From an uncultured Gemmatimonadales bacterium (GTDB lineage Bacteria > Gemmatimonadota > Gemmatimonadetes > Longimicrobiales > RSA9), in the NCBI GenBank assembly GCA_963798845.1, contig CAWCUS010000001.1, forward strand, positions 384,001-448,000: 64,000 bases of DNA. The letters run 5' to 3'. Both the position numbers and the translations under genes were made by a program. Below, one piece after another: positions 24,878 through 34,928 of this stretch. Under the pieces are notes generated by a model, which saw only the letters and a list, made by a program, of their open reading frames with translations, ran no database searches and was not told where the DNA came from. Within the stretch, counting starts at the first letter, position 1; every line of letters begins with the position of its first letter.

Positions 24878-26341
24878 TCAGGCCGCTCTGGCCCCGCTCC
24901 CCCGCACTACCGCGCTTCCCCACCCCACGGCCACGGTGAGCGCGGAGCCGATGAGCGCGAACCAGAGCGTGTTCACCACGGTAGGGATGGCGCCAAACGT
25001 CTGGGCCGCCCAGAGCGCGCTCATGGCGGCCACGGCCACGGCGATGCCGGTGACGGCGTCTTGCTGGTCGGGGCGTCGGAAGAGGGTGCCGAGGAGGAAG
25101 CCGCCCAGGAGCGGGCCGAAGGTGAAGGACGCGATCTGGAGCGCCACGACCACGACCGGGGTACCCTGCTGCGCGAAGTGGAAGAGCGTGGCGCCGCCCA
25201 CCAGGATTGCGGCCCAGAACAGCGTGAAGGCGCGGCCCACGCGGAGCAGGTGGTCCTCGTCGCCTTCCCGGCGGGCGAGCGGGGCGTACAGGTCGTGGGT
25301 GGCGGAAGAGGCGAGGGAGTTGAGCGATGAGGACACCGTGGACATGGCCGCGGCGAGCACGCCGGCGACGATGAGTCCGCTCAGCCCGCTGGGCAGCCCC
25401 TCGATGATGAACGCGGGGAACACCTCGTCGGGGGTGGCGAACGTGCGCCCGGCGTAGAACGTCCGCAGACCGGCGCCCACGAGGAGGAAGAGCGCGAACT
25501 GCCCCAGGACGACGATCCCGCTGCCGATCACCGCCTTCCTCGCCCCGCGCAGGTCGGGGGCGGCCAGGAGGCGCTGGACGACGAGGTGGTCGACGCCGTG
25601 CGTCGCCATGGACAGGAACGCGCCGCCGAGCAGCCCGGTGACCAGCCACGTGCCATCCGCGGGACCGCCGTCGAGATGTACCACGCGGAAGGTCCCGGCC
25701 GCGCGGCCGGCGTCCATGATGGCGCGCCAGCCGCCGGGCACCGCCCCCGCCAGGACCCAGAGCGCGGCGGCGCCGCCGACGATGTAGAGCCCCATCTGGA
25801 ACACGTCCATCCACACCACGGAGCGGAGTCCGCCGTACCAGGTGTAGAGGAGCGTGGCGGCGCCCACGAGCAGGATCACCTGCCAGTACGGCCAGCCGGT
25901 GATGAGGGCGATGGGAATGGCCGCAGCGAAGATGCGTACGGAGTCGGCGAACGCGCGGGTGACCATGAAGATGACCGAGGAGAACCGCCGCGCGCCGAGG
26001 CCGAAGCGCTCCTCCATGAGGGCGTAGGCGGTGGTCAGCTCGCCGCGGAAGTAGCCGGGGAGGAGGACGTACGCCACGCCGACGCGGCCGATCAGGTAGC
26101 CGGCGGCCAGCTGGAGGATCCAGAAGTCGGACGTATACGCGGTGGCCGGGATGCTGATGAACGTGAGGGCGCTGGTCTCGGTGGCGACCACGGACATCAT
26201 GATGGCCCACCACGGCATGGCGTGGCCGGCGAGGAAGTAGTCGCGGGCGCCGTGCTGGGACCGGCCGAGGTACGTGCCCACGCCCACCACGCCCACCAGG
26301 TAGGCGACGAGGACGACGATGTCGAGCGTGGTGAATGCCAT
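24878..26341 (-). CDS. Sodium:solute symporter family protein
   Basis: DYFLAG, VATETSALTFISIP, HGVDHLVVQRLL, AAAMSTVSSSLNSLAS; many TMs. Confidence 0.92.
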   Translation of the reverse strand: MAFTTLDIVVLVAYLVGVVGVGTYLGRSQHGARDYFLAGHAMPWWAIMMSVVATETSALTFISIPATAYTSDFWILQLAAGYLIGRVGVAYVLLPGYFRGELTTAYALMEERFGLGARRFSSVIFMVTRAFADSVRIFAAAIPIALITGWPYWQVILLVGAATLLYTWYGGLRSVVWMDVFQMGLYIVGGAAALWVLAGAVPGGWRAIMDAGRAAGTFRVVHLDGGPADGTWLVTGLLGGAFLSMATHGVDHLVVQRLLAAPDLRGARKAVIGSGIVVLGQFALFLLVGAGLRTFYAGRTFATPDEVFPAFIIEGLPSGLSGLIVAGVLAAAMSTVSSSLNSLASSATHDLYAPLARREGDEDHLLRVGRAFTLFWAAILVGGATLFHFAQQGTPVVVVALQIASFTFGPLLGGFLLGTLFRRPDQQDAVTGIAVAVAAMSALWAAQTFGAIPTVVNTLWFALIGSALTVAVGWGSAVVRGSGARAA

Positions 26342-26446
26342 TCCGGGGTCCCGGGTGCGCGCCGGCGGGTATTATCGGGGACGCGCCGCTGCCGGGCCAG
26401 CGGGGGTCGCGCCGCCGCCTGGCCAGCGCCGTTGGTCCCGGGCGAA

Positions 26447-28333
26447 TCAGCGGACCACGAACGCCTCGACGGCGTGGAACTCCGGCAGCCCCAGTCGGTC
26501 CAGCTCTTCGGCCGTACCCCGATTGCGCGCGTCCACGCGCTGCCAGAACTCCCGATTGTCGTAGCCGCCCGGGAACGGCGCGGTGTCCTTCTGCGACTGG
26601 TGCTTGAAGATGGCGAAGATCTTACGACGCAGCTCTTCGCGCGAGAGCGGGACGAAGACGTCGGCCTCGTGGACCGCCCACTCCTGCCACGCCCCGCGGT
26701 ACAGCCACACCTCCGGGTCGGGCCCGGGGTAGTCCTCGAGGGCCAGGTCGATGGCCTCCTTGCACTGCCGGTGCGTGCCGTGAGGGTCCGACAGGTCCCC
26801 GGCGACGAAGATGACGTCCGGCTTCCGCTCCTCCAGCAGCGTCCGGACGATCTCCACGTCCGCGGGCCCGACAGCGTTCTTCTTGACGGTCCCGGTCTGG
26901 TAGAACGGCAGGTCGAGGAAGCGGCAGACCTCGCGGGAATACCCGAGCGACTCCACCGCGCTCACCGCCTCCGTCTCACGGATGTGGCGCTTGATGTCCT
27001 GCACCTCGCCGATGTCCACCTGGCCCGGCTGCTTGCGGGCGAGGAAGCCCTCCACCCTTTCGATGAGCCGGCCCAGCGCGGTGCTGGAATCCGGAGCCGG
27101 ATCCGGGCTGGACTCGCTCCGGACGACGCCCGCGCCGTTCGCCAGCACGTCCCTGTGGAAGCGGCGCACGAAGTCCAGGTAACGCCGAACCTCGTGGTCG
27201 AACACGGCGATGTTGCCGGAAGTCATGTACGCCACCACCACGTCGTTCCGGTTCTCGTGGAGCTTGCGAAGCATCCCGCCCATGCTGATGACGTCGTCGT
27301 CGGGGTGTGGGCTGAAGACGATCACGGAGGCGTCGCGGGGGAGCCGGGGGTTGTCCCGGATCTTGGCTGCCACGCGGTCGAAGGCGGTCGTGTTCAGGTC
27401 ATCGGCGGAGGGGTAGAGGGCGAGGAGCGAGGCCAGGTGGTGGTCCTGGTAGTCGGCCGCGGAGAGCTGCAGGATGGCGCGCTCGGATGCGCGGGCCAGC
27501 CAGACCACGGCGCGCAGGGCGAGGTCGTCATCCCACTCGACGGCGCGCACCAGCCATGGCGTCTTGATGCGCGTCAGCTCGCCCGCCGCGGCGGCGTCCA
27601 GGAAGAAGGTGGCGTCGGGGTGATCCTGGAGGTAGGTGGCCGCCACATCGGGCGAGATCTCGCCTTCCACTGCCCGCTTGACGATGGCCGCCTTGTGCTC
27701 CCCGGTGGCCATGAGAACGATCTCCCGCGCGTCGAGGATCGTGGCCACACCCATGGTGATGGCCTCGCGTGGCACGTTCTCCTCTCCGAAGAAGTCGGCG
27801 GCCGCGTCCTTCCGTGTGACCGCGTCCAGGTGGATCAGCCGGGTGCGGGAGTCGCGTCCCGAGCCCGGCTCGTTGAAGCCGACATGGCCCGTCTTGCCGA
27901 TCCCGAGCAGCTGGATGTCGATGCCGCCCTCGGCGCGGATGGCGGCCTCGTAGTCGCGGGCGTGGCGATCCACCTGGTCGCGCGGGACGTTGCCGCGCGG
28001 GATATGGACCTTCTCCTCCGGGATGTCGATGTGGTCGAACAGGTTTTCCCACATGAACCGGTGATAGCTGTGGATGCTCCCCGGGTCCATCGGGTAGTAC
28101 TCGTCCAGGTTGAACGTGACGACGTTGCGGAAGCTGAGCCCCTCCTCCCGGTGCATCCGGATCAGCTCCCGGTACACGCCGATGGGCGTGGATCCCGTGG
28201 CCAGCCCCAGCACCGCGGTCTCCGCCGACGCCTGACGCTCCCGCACCAGGTTGGCGATCCGCCCCGCCACGCGGCGGGCAATCTCGTCGTGCTCCTCGAC
28301 GATGACGACGTCTACGCGTTCCGTGATCGGCAT
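26447..28333 (-). CDS. nagB: Glucosamine-6-phosphate deaminase with a C-terminal PIG-L/LmbE-like domain
   Basis: LGLATGSTP, TFNLDEYY, LLGIGKTGHVGFNEPGS, AITMGVATI; C-terminal FSPHPDDDVISMGG, DPHGTH, KHQSQ. Confidence 0.93.
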   Translation of the reverse strand: MPITERVDVVIVEEHDEIARRVAGRIANLVRERQASAETAVLGLATGSTPIGVYRELIRMHREEGLSFRNVVTFNLDEYYPMDPGSIHSYHRFMWENLFDHIDIPEEKVHIPRGNVPRDQVDRHARDYEAAIRAEGGIDIQLLGIGKTGHVGFNEPGSGRDSRTRLIHLDAVTRKDAAADFFGEENVPREAITMGVATILDAREIVLMATGEHKAAIVKRAVEGEISPDVAATYLQDHPDATFFLDAAAAGELTRIKTPWLVRAVEWDDDLALRAVVWLARASERAILQLSAADYQDHHLASLLALYPSADDLNTTAFDRVAAKIRDNPRLPRDASVIVFSPHPDDDVISMGGMLRKLHENRNDVVVAYMTSGNIAVFDHEVRRYLDFVRRFHRDVLANGAGVVRSESSPDPAPDSSTALGRLIERVEGFLARKQPGQVDIGEVQDIKRHIRETEAVSAVESLGYSREVCRFLDLPFYQTGTVKKNAVGPADVEIVRTLLEERKPDVIFVAGDLSDPHGTHRQCKEAIDLALEDYPGPDPEVWLYRGAWQEWAVHEADVFVPLSREELRRKIFAIFKHQSQKDTAPFPGGYDNREFWQRVDARNRGTAEELDRLGLPEFHAVEAFVVR

Positions 28334-28428
28334 CCGTTTCCCGTCTCCGTTGCGCCAGCCGGGGCAGGTGCCCCGCGTCGGCGCTCGTGCGATGCACGTT
28401 CGATTCCCCGGGCGCGGGGGGGCGCCCG

Positions 28429-31400
28429 CTACGGGTCGGCGGAGATTCCGTCGGCGGCGCGGGCGGCCCAGGTCAGGACGGCCCTGCGGAGCGCGCCGAT
28501 GCCGGTGCCGTCGCGGCTGGGGTCGACGCGGTTGCTGAGCAGGACCACGTAGAGATCGCGGGTCGGGTCGAGCCAGAGAGTCGTGCCGGTGAAGCCGGTG
28601 TGGCCGAACGCGGCCGGGGAGAGGGCGGCTGCGATGTCGCCGGAGCCGGGGGCGAGATCCCAGCCCAGGGCGCGGCTGCCCGGGTTGCCCGGCCCCCCCC
28701 GGTCGCCCGCGCGCGACGTGAAGCGCAGCACCGTCTCCGGGTGGATCAGACGGACGCCGTCGGCGCGGCCGGCGCGGAGCAGGAAGCGAGCGAAGCGCGC
28801 CAGGTCGCCGGCGGTGGAGAAGAGGCCGGCGTGGCCGGACACGCCGCCCATGGTGAAGGCGTTCTCGTCGTGGACGACGCCGTGCACGTGCGTGTGGCGG
28901 AAGACGGTGTCCATCTCGGTCGGTGCGATGCGCTCGATCGGGATGCTCCAGGCGCTGTCGGATAGCGCTGGCAGCCCGCCCTCCGCCCGGACTGCCGCCA
29001 TGGCGGCGGGCCGGGGCAGGAAACCGGTGTCGCCCATCCCCAGCGGCGTCCAGATCTCGCGGTCGAGGAACGCGCTCAGCGGCTCCCCGGCCACGTGCGC
29101 CACCGCGGCGCCGAGAAGGATGAAGCCGAGGTCGCTGTAGACCGTCCGCGTGCCCGGCTCGTAGGACGCCGGCAGCCGGGCGATGGCGGCCACGACGGCG
29201 CTGTCGCCGCGCAGCCCGCCGGCGGACGGGTGCCAGAAGCGCTCGAACGGCGGGAGCCCGGCGGTGTGCGTGAGGAGGCGGCGGACGGTCACGGCATCGC
29301 GCCAGCCGCCCCGAGGCCACGCGGGGAGGTACGCCGAGAGGGGCCGGTCCAGGGACATCATCCCGCGATCCACGAGCAGCATCACGGCGGTGGTGGTCCC
29401 GACCACCTTCGTCAGCGAGGCCAGGTCGTAGACCGTCGAGTCGCTGGCGGGTGGCGAGCCCGCGGCGTAGTCGAGCCGACCGTACCCACGCAGGCGCAAC
29501 AGCCGTCCTCCCCTCCCCACGGCCACGGCCGCGCCGGGCGTCACGCGGGCGGCGATGGCGGCTTCCACGGCTGCGTCGAGGGAGTCCAGCGCGTTCCGGG
29601 CGACCGGGGACAGCGCGACATCACCTGGTCCCTCGACCTCGCCGGCGCCCCATCTCCCCGGCCCCGCCCGGTCGAGCCCGGCGCCGAGCGGCGCGAGCGG
29701 CGGGATGGAGGTCGGGAGCCGGCCGCCGATGGGCGCGTCGCCGAGGAGCGCGCGGGCGGTGGCCACCTGGCTCACCGGGGCGCCGCCCCATCCGAGCACG
29801 TACGTGCCGGCGTCCGGCAGCTGCTGGAGGATGTAGGGGCTGCCCAGCGACACGACGACGGTCGGCCGGGCAGCGATCAGCGCCCGGACCCGCTCCGCGA
29901 CCGGCTCCTCGATGGCGATGCTGCCTTTGGACGACCGGGCGCGGACATTGGAGACGAACACGGTCAGGTCCGCGCTTTCTGCCATGGCGAACACGGAGTC
30001 GAGCACGGCCACGGGCTCGCCGGGGCCGAGCCTCGCCGCGCGGAACGCGGGCAGGGCGGGGGCGAGGGTGGCGGCGAGATGGCGGGCGGCGAAGGGGTCC
30101 ACGTCGTCACTGTACGAGATCGCGAGCACGCGCGGGAAGCGGAGCGGCTGGAGGGGGACCAGACCGTCGCGATCCCGGACCAGGGTGATGCCGCGGGCGG
30201 CGACCTCCGCGGCGACGGCGCGGTGGGACGCGGCGCCCACCTGCCCAGCCACTTCTTCGAGCGGGACGGTCCCGCGGCCGCCGAGCCCGACGCGCGCCTT
30301 CGCTTCCAGGATCCTGCGCACCGAGCGGTCGATGCGCGCGGCCGTGACCCGACCCCCCTCCACCGCCTCCACCACCGCGTCCACCACGGCGCCGGGGTCG
30401 ACGGGCTGGAGCAGGATGTCGGCGCCCGCCTCGACGGCGCGGACGGCGGCATCCCGCGGCCCGAAGACCTCCACGAGCGCGCCCATGTCGAGGGCATCGG
30501 TGATGACCAGTCCCTGAAACCCCATCTCCCCGACGAGCAGGCTGTCGAGCATCCGGCGCGAGAGCGTGGCCGGGACGGTGGAATCGCCCGTGAGCGCGGG
30601 CACCGCGATGTGCGCGCTCATGACCGCGGCCACGCCCGCCTGGATGGCGGCGCGGAACGGGACCAGCTCGACGCTGTCCAGCCGCGCGGTGTCGAGGCGG
30701 AGGATGTAGGGAGCCAGGTGGGTGTCGCTGGAGACGTCGCCATGGCCGGGGAAGTGCTTGGCCGTGGCGAGCATCCCGTGCTCCTGCAGCCCGCGCAGCT
30801 GCGCCACCGCGAAGCGCGCCACCGCGGCCGGGTCCTCTCCGTAGCTGCGGGTGTTGATGACCGGATTGTCCGGGTTATTGTTCACGTCCGCCACGGGGGC
30901 GAGCGCCACGCGTATGCCGGCGGCCCGCCCCTCCTGGGCAGTGATCCGGCCCATCGAGTAGGCCAGCGACGGGTCGCCCGTGGCGGCGATGGCCATGGCG
31001 GGGGGGAAGTCGGTGCCGCCGCCCAGCTCCGAGCCCCACGGCAGCAGGACGCCCGCGTCCAGGCGCTGCCCGGGGCCGTGCTCGAGGTCGGTCATCACCA
31101 GCAGCGGCACGGACGCGGCGCGCTGGAGGCGGTTCAGCAGGTCCGCCAGCTCGAGGGGCGGGCCGATGGACGGGAGGATCCCGCCCACGCCCAGGTCCCG
31201 GACCCAGCTCCGCAGCCGGTCGAAGTGCGCGCTTTCCGTCGGCACGTACGCCCCGGCCGTCCAGGGCACGACCATCTGCGCGACGCGGTGGCGGAGATCG
31301 AGCGTCGCCAGGGTCGAGTCGACCCAGCGCCGGGCGTCGGTGTCCAGCGGGCGGAGCCGGAAGGTGTCGCCGACGAGCGGTGAGGAGGCAGCCGCCCCGG

Positions 31401-31521
31401 CGGCCGGCCGCGAGACCGGCGCGGACCCGGCAGCCGCCGGCCTGCCGCCGGTCGACGGCGGCGCGCACGACATCACGGTGGCGGCCGCGAGCAGAGCGGC
31501 CGGGAGGAATCGCAAGCGCAT
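28429..31521 (-). CDS. Lipoprotein fusion of GH3 beta-N-acetylglucosaminidase (NagZ) and a beta-lactamase-fold serine hydrolase (AmiE-like)
   Basis: Lipobox VMSC; APVADVN, KHFPGHGDVSSDTH (NagZ), ITDALDM; C-terminal DLASLTK (SxxK), LLTHTAG, YSDLGF, GHAGLFS, GHTGFTG. Confidence 0.9.
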   Translation of the reverse strand: MRLRFLPAALLAAATVMSCAPPSTGGRPAAAGSAPVSRPAAGAAASSPLVGDTFRLRPLDTDARRWVDSTLATLDLRHRVAQMVVPWTAGAYVPTESAHFDRLRSWVRDLGVGGILPSIGPPLELADLLNRLQRAASVPLLVMTDLEHGPGQRLDAGVLLPWGSELGGGTDFPPAMAIAATGDPSLAYSMGRITAQEGRAAGIRVALAPVADVNNNPDNPVINTRSYGEDPAAVARFAVAQLRGLQEHGMLATAKHFPGHGDVSSDTHLAPYILRLDTARLDSVELVPFRAAIQAGVAAVMSAHIAVPALTGDSTVPATLSRRMLDSLLVGEMGFQGLVITDALDMGALVEVFGPRDAAVRAVEAGADILLQPVDPGAVVDAVVEAVEGGRVTAARIDRSVRRILEAKARVGLGGRGTVPLEEVAGQVGAASHRAVAAEVAARGITLVRDRDGLVPLQPLRFPRVLAISYSDDVDPFAARHLAATLAPALPAFRAARLGPGEPVAVLDSVFAMAESADLTVFVSNVRARSSKGSIAIEEPVAERVRALIAARPTVVVSLGSPYILQQLPDAGTYVLGWGGAPVSQVATARALLGDAPIGGRLPTSIPPLAPLGAGLDRAGPGRWGAGEVEGPGDVALSPVARNALDSLDAAVEAAIAARVTPGAAVAVGRGGRLLRLRGYGRLDYAAGSPPASDSTVYDLASLTKVVGTTTAVMLLVDRGMMSLDRPLSAYLPAWPRGGWRDAVTVRRLLTHTAGLPPFERFWHPSAGGLRGDSAVVAAIARLPASYEPGTRTVYSDLGFILLGAAVAHVAGEPLSAFLDREIWTPLGMGDTGFLPRPAAMAAVRAEGGLPALSDSAWSIPIERIAPTEMDTVFRHTHVHGVVHDENAFTMGGVSGHAGLFSTAGDLARFARFLLRAGRADGVRLIHPETVLRFTSRAGDRGGPGNPGSRALGWDLAPGSGDIAAALSPAAFGHTGFTGTTLWLDPTRDLYVVLLSNRVDPSRDGTGIGALRRAVLTWAARAADGISADP

Positions 31522-32920
31522 GGTGCAGCGGAAGGTAGCCGCGATCGTTCGGCGCCGGCAATTCTCAGCGTCGGCCGTGCTGGTGCTGGCGCTCCTGTCG
31601 GCGTGCGGCACGGCCCCCCCGTCTCGGCCGGCGGCGGCGGATTCGGCCGGGGCGGACTCATCGGTGGTCGCGAAAGCGCCGCCGTCGCCGAGCTCGGCAT
31701 CGGCGGTCTTGCAGGCCGCGCAGCCGCCGTACCCCTCGTCGCCCGGAAGGGCCGGGTCCCCATCGGTGGTGCTGGGTGTGGACGTGCTGCTCCGGGACAG
31801 CCTGTCGCTCGTGCGCGGGCTGCGCGTCGGCCTGATCACCAACCACACCGGCCGCTCCTACGCCTCGCCCGCGGCTGGCGACACCGGGGTCAGCACCATC
31901 GACCTCCTGTCCGCCGCCCCGGGCGTTCGCCTGGTCGCGCTGTTCAGCCCGGAGCACGGGATCCGCGGCGAGGTGGACCGGAAGGTGGCGAGCGGCCAGG
32001 ACGCCCGGACCGGTCTGCCGGTCCATTCGCTCTACGGTGAGACGCGGAAGCCCACGCCAGCCATGCTCGAGGGGCTGGATGTTCTGGTTTTCGACATCCA
32101 GGACATTGGGACGCGCTACTACAGCTATGTGTGGACCATGGCGCTGGCAATGGAGGCGGCCGCGGACGCCGGGCTCCGCTTCGTGGTGCTGGACCGCCCG
32201 GACCCGATCGGCGGCGTGCTGGTCCAGGGGAATGTTGCGCCGTCCTACTCGCCCGTGGCTTTCTACCGCGCGGCCATGCGCCACGGCCTGACAGCAGGCG
32301 AGCTCGCGCGTTACGTGAAGGGCGAGTACGGGCTGGGCGTCGACCTCCACGTGGTGCCCATGGAGGGCTGGCGGCGGGAGATGTGGTGGGGGGACACGGG
32401 CGTGCCGTGGCGGGCGCCGTCACCCAACATGCCGTCGGTGGAGTCCGCCACCCACTACCCGGGCACCTGCCTGTTCGAAGGCACCAACCTGTCGGTGGGA
32501 CGCGGCACCCCGCTGGCTTTCCAGCAGATCGGCGCGCCGTGGCTCGATGCCGAAGCCGTGGCCGACGCGCTCCGGGGCCGCCGGCTACCCGGGGTAGCCA
32601 TCGAAGCCGTGCGCTTCACCCCTCGCGCCCCCACAGACGGGAAGTTCGACGCCCAGGCGCTGGCCGGCCTCCGCTTCCAGGTCACCGATCCAGACGCCTA
32701 CGACCCCGTCCGCACCGCCGTCGCCGCGCTCCTGGAGATCACCCGCCGGCACCCCGACGCCTTCCGCTGGCGCGAAGCCTGGTTCGATGGCCTCGCCGGG
32801 GGGCCACGCCTGCGAGAGCAGATCCAGGCCGGCGCCACGCTCGACGGGATCACCGCACCGTGGAAGGCGCAGAGGGAACGGTGGGAAGCGCTGCGGAGCC
32901 GCTATCTGCTGTACCGGTGA
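31520..32920 (+). CDS. namZ: Exo-beta-N-acetylmuramidase NamZ family (DUF1343) lipoprotein
   Basis: Lipobox LSAC; RVGLITNHTG, LFSPEHGIRG, SLYGETRKP, FDIQDIGTRYYSY, VLDRPDP, PSPNMP, EGTNLSVGRGT; start uncertain. Confidence 0.88.
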   Translation: MVQRKVAAIVRRRQFSASAVLVLALLSACGTAPPSRPAAADSAGADSSVVAKAPPSPSSASAVLQAAQPPYPSSPGRAGSPSVVLGVDVLLRDSLSLVRGLRVGLITNHTGRSYASPAAGDTGVSTIDLLSAAPGVRLVALFSPEHGIRGEVDRKVASGQDARTGLPVHSLYGETRKPTPAMLEGLDVLVFDIQDIGTRYYSYVWTMALAMEAAADAGLRFVVLDRPDPIGGVLVQGNVAPSYSPVAFYRAAMRHGLTAGELARYVKGEYGLGVDLHVVPMEGWRREMWWGDTGVPWRAPSPNMPSVESATHYPGTCLFEGTNLSVGRGTPLAFQQIGAPWLDAEAVADALRGRRLPGVAIEAVRFTPRAPTDGKFDAQALAGLRFQVTDPDAYDPVRTAVAALLEITRRHPDAFRWREAWFDGLAGGPRLREQIQAGATLDGITAPWKAQRERWEALRSRYLLYR

Positions 32921-32950
32921 GGCGGGTGCCCGGCCGGGGTACTCCGCGCG

Positions 32951-34108
32951 TCACCGCTCGAGCATGGCGGGGATGCTGTCCTCACGGGCGGCGGGATGGG
33001 CGACGACGGCCACGTCGCCGGCTATTCGGAGCTCCACGGGCTGGTCGCGGACGGAGCGCCGGAAGCCTTTTCCTTCGAGGACGCGGTGCACGTAGATCCG
33101 CCGCACCACGACCAGGGTGCTGGCCAGGACGGGAACGGCGACGAGCAGCCCGATGACCTCCATGAGGTGCGCCATGATGAGCACGCTCAGGAGCGTGAGA
33201 ACGGGCGGCAGCGAGACCTGGCGCTCCATGATCATCGGGGCGACGAAGTTCGCCTCCACGAGGTGCACCACCACGCCGAGCAGCGCAACCATGAGCGCCT
33301 GCACCGCGTGCCCCTGCCCCAGGACGAAGATGGCCGGCAGCAGCGTCGAGACCAGGGTTCCGAAGAACGGTACGATGGCCACGATGCCGGTGAACACCCC
33401 GAACGCCAGGGCGTAGGGCACCCGCAGGATGATCAGCCCGAACCAGGTGAACAGGGCGAGCGTGAACATCGCCAGGAGCTGCCCGACGATCCAGCTGCGC
33501 AGCGTCACCGCCAGGTCCGTCAGGATGTCGCGAACCAGCTCCCGGTGGACGGGCGGCGCGAGGGCGATCAGCCCTTCCCGGTACATCGCCGGCCTGAGCG
33601 TCAGGTAGATGCCCATGACCAGCACCGAGAAGAAGTGGATGAGGAACTGCATGCCGCTGAACACGTACGGCACCACGCTGCGGAAGTAGCTCCCGATCTC
33701 CGCAACGATGTTCCCCACATAGCTCTCGTTCTCGCCCAGCCGGCCGAACAGGTTGGCCACGAGCGGCTTCGACTCGGCGAGCTGGACCAGCTGGTCCTCC
33801 CACTGTTCCAGCTGCTCCGGCAGCTGCTGCACAAGCTCCCCGGTCTGCTCCGCCACCGGCGGGACGATCAGGGCGCCGATTCCCACCGCGGCGCCCATGG
33901 AGATCAGGATGGCGACCAGGAGCCCGAACGGCCGGGGCATGGCCAGCCGCCGCTGGAGCGTGTCCGTGATCGCGCCGAGATACAGGGAGAAAAGGACGGC
34001 AATGAACAGCAGCAGGAGGATCTCCGCCACGCTGTAGATGAACAGCAGGAGGAGGACGAAAAGGATCGTCGAGAGGACGACGCCCGCACCCTTGCGGTTC
34101 ATCGACAC
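32951..34108 (-). CDS. AI-2E family transporter
   Basis: LRSWIVGQL, IVPFFG, VEANFVAPMIM...LPPVLTL, GLLVAVP. Confidence 0.9.
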   Translation of the reverse strand: MSMNRKGAGVVLSTILFVLLLLFIYSVAEILLLLFIAVLFSLYLGAITDTLQRRLAMPRPFGLLVAILISMGAAVGIGALIVPPVAEQTGELVQQLPEQLEQWEDQLVQLAESKPLVANLFGRLGENESYVGNIVAEIGSYFRSVVPYVFSGMQFLIHFFSVLVMGIYLTLRPAMYREGLIALAPPVHRELVRDILTDLAVTLRSWIVGQLLAMFTLALFTWFGLIILRVPYALAFGVFTGIVAIVPFFGTLVSTLLPAIFVLGQGHAVQALMVALLGVVVHLVEANFVAPMIMERQVSLPPVLTLLSVLIMAHLMEVIGLLVAVPVLASTLVVVRRIYVHRVLEGKGFRRSVRDQPVELRIAGDVAVVAHPAAREDSIPAMLER

Positions 34109-34156
34109 CCCGGCGATCCCTGCCCGACTCGGTCGCGGGCGCCCGGCATCCGGCCG

Positions 34157-34924
34157 CTACTCCTCTTCCAGCTGCGCTTCCTGGACGTCGCCGTCCTCCT
34201 CGTCCACGACGCCGCTCGGCAGCGACGCCGGCTGCTTCTGTCCGCTCGGAAGCCCCATCTGCTCCTTCAGCGCCGCCAGACGCCGCTCCACGTCGCCGCC
34301 GTTGCCACCCTCCAGCTGCTTGAACTCCGTCTCCAGCGTGTCACCCGAGAGGCTGAGCGTGACCTCCGACGCCGCCAGTGCCTTCCGCTCCGACTCCTCG
34401 ATCTTCTCCGCCACGCGTTCGAACGCGTCGAACGCCGAGCGGTCGGACAGCCCCGACATCGTCTCGTGGATCCGGCGCTGCGCCTGCGCACGCTTCTGCT
34501 TCGCGACCAGGAGGTTCTTCTTCCGCTTCGCCTCCTCGATCTTGTCGTTCAGCTCGCGCAGCGACGACTTGACCTTCTCCGTCTCCTGCGCCTGACGCCG
34601 CCAGGTCTCCTCCATCGACTGCGCCCGCTGCGCGTGCTCCTGCTGGCGCAGCAGCGCCTGCTTCGCCAGATCGTCGCGGTTCTCCTTCACCGCCAGCATG
34701 GCCCGGCGCTCCCACTCCGCCGACTGCCTCGCCTCCTCCTCGACCTGCGACCGCAGCTTCTGCTCGTCCGCGATCGCCAGCGCCACTTCCTGCTTCGCCT
34801 TGCTCAGCTGCTCGCGCATGTCCGCGATCAGCTGGTTCAGGACCTTCTCAGGGTTCTCCGCCCGCGCGATCGCGTCGTTGATGTTCGAGCGCAGCAGCAA
34901 CGAAAGCTTCTGAAAGATGCCCAT
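34157..34924 (-). CDS. pspA: PspA/IM30 family protein
   Basis: MGIFQKL...SNIND...ENPEKVLNQLIADM, WERRAMLAV...DLAKQAL, coiled coil. Confidence 0.93.
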   Translation of the reverse strand: MGIFQKLSLLLRSNINDAIARAENPEKVLNQLIADMREQLSKAKQEVALAIADEQKLRSQVEEEARQSAEWERRAMLAVKENRDDLAKQALLRQQEHAQRAQSMEETWRRQAQETEKVKSSLRELNDKIEEAKRKKNLLVAKQKRAQAQRRIHETMSGLSDRSAFDAFERVAEKIEESERKALAASEVTLSLSGDTLETEFKQLEGGNGGDVERRLAALKEQMGLPSGQKQPASLPSGVVDEEDGDVQEAQLEEE

Positions 34925-34928
34925 GTCC

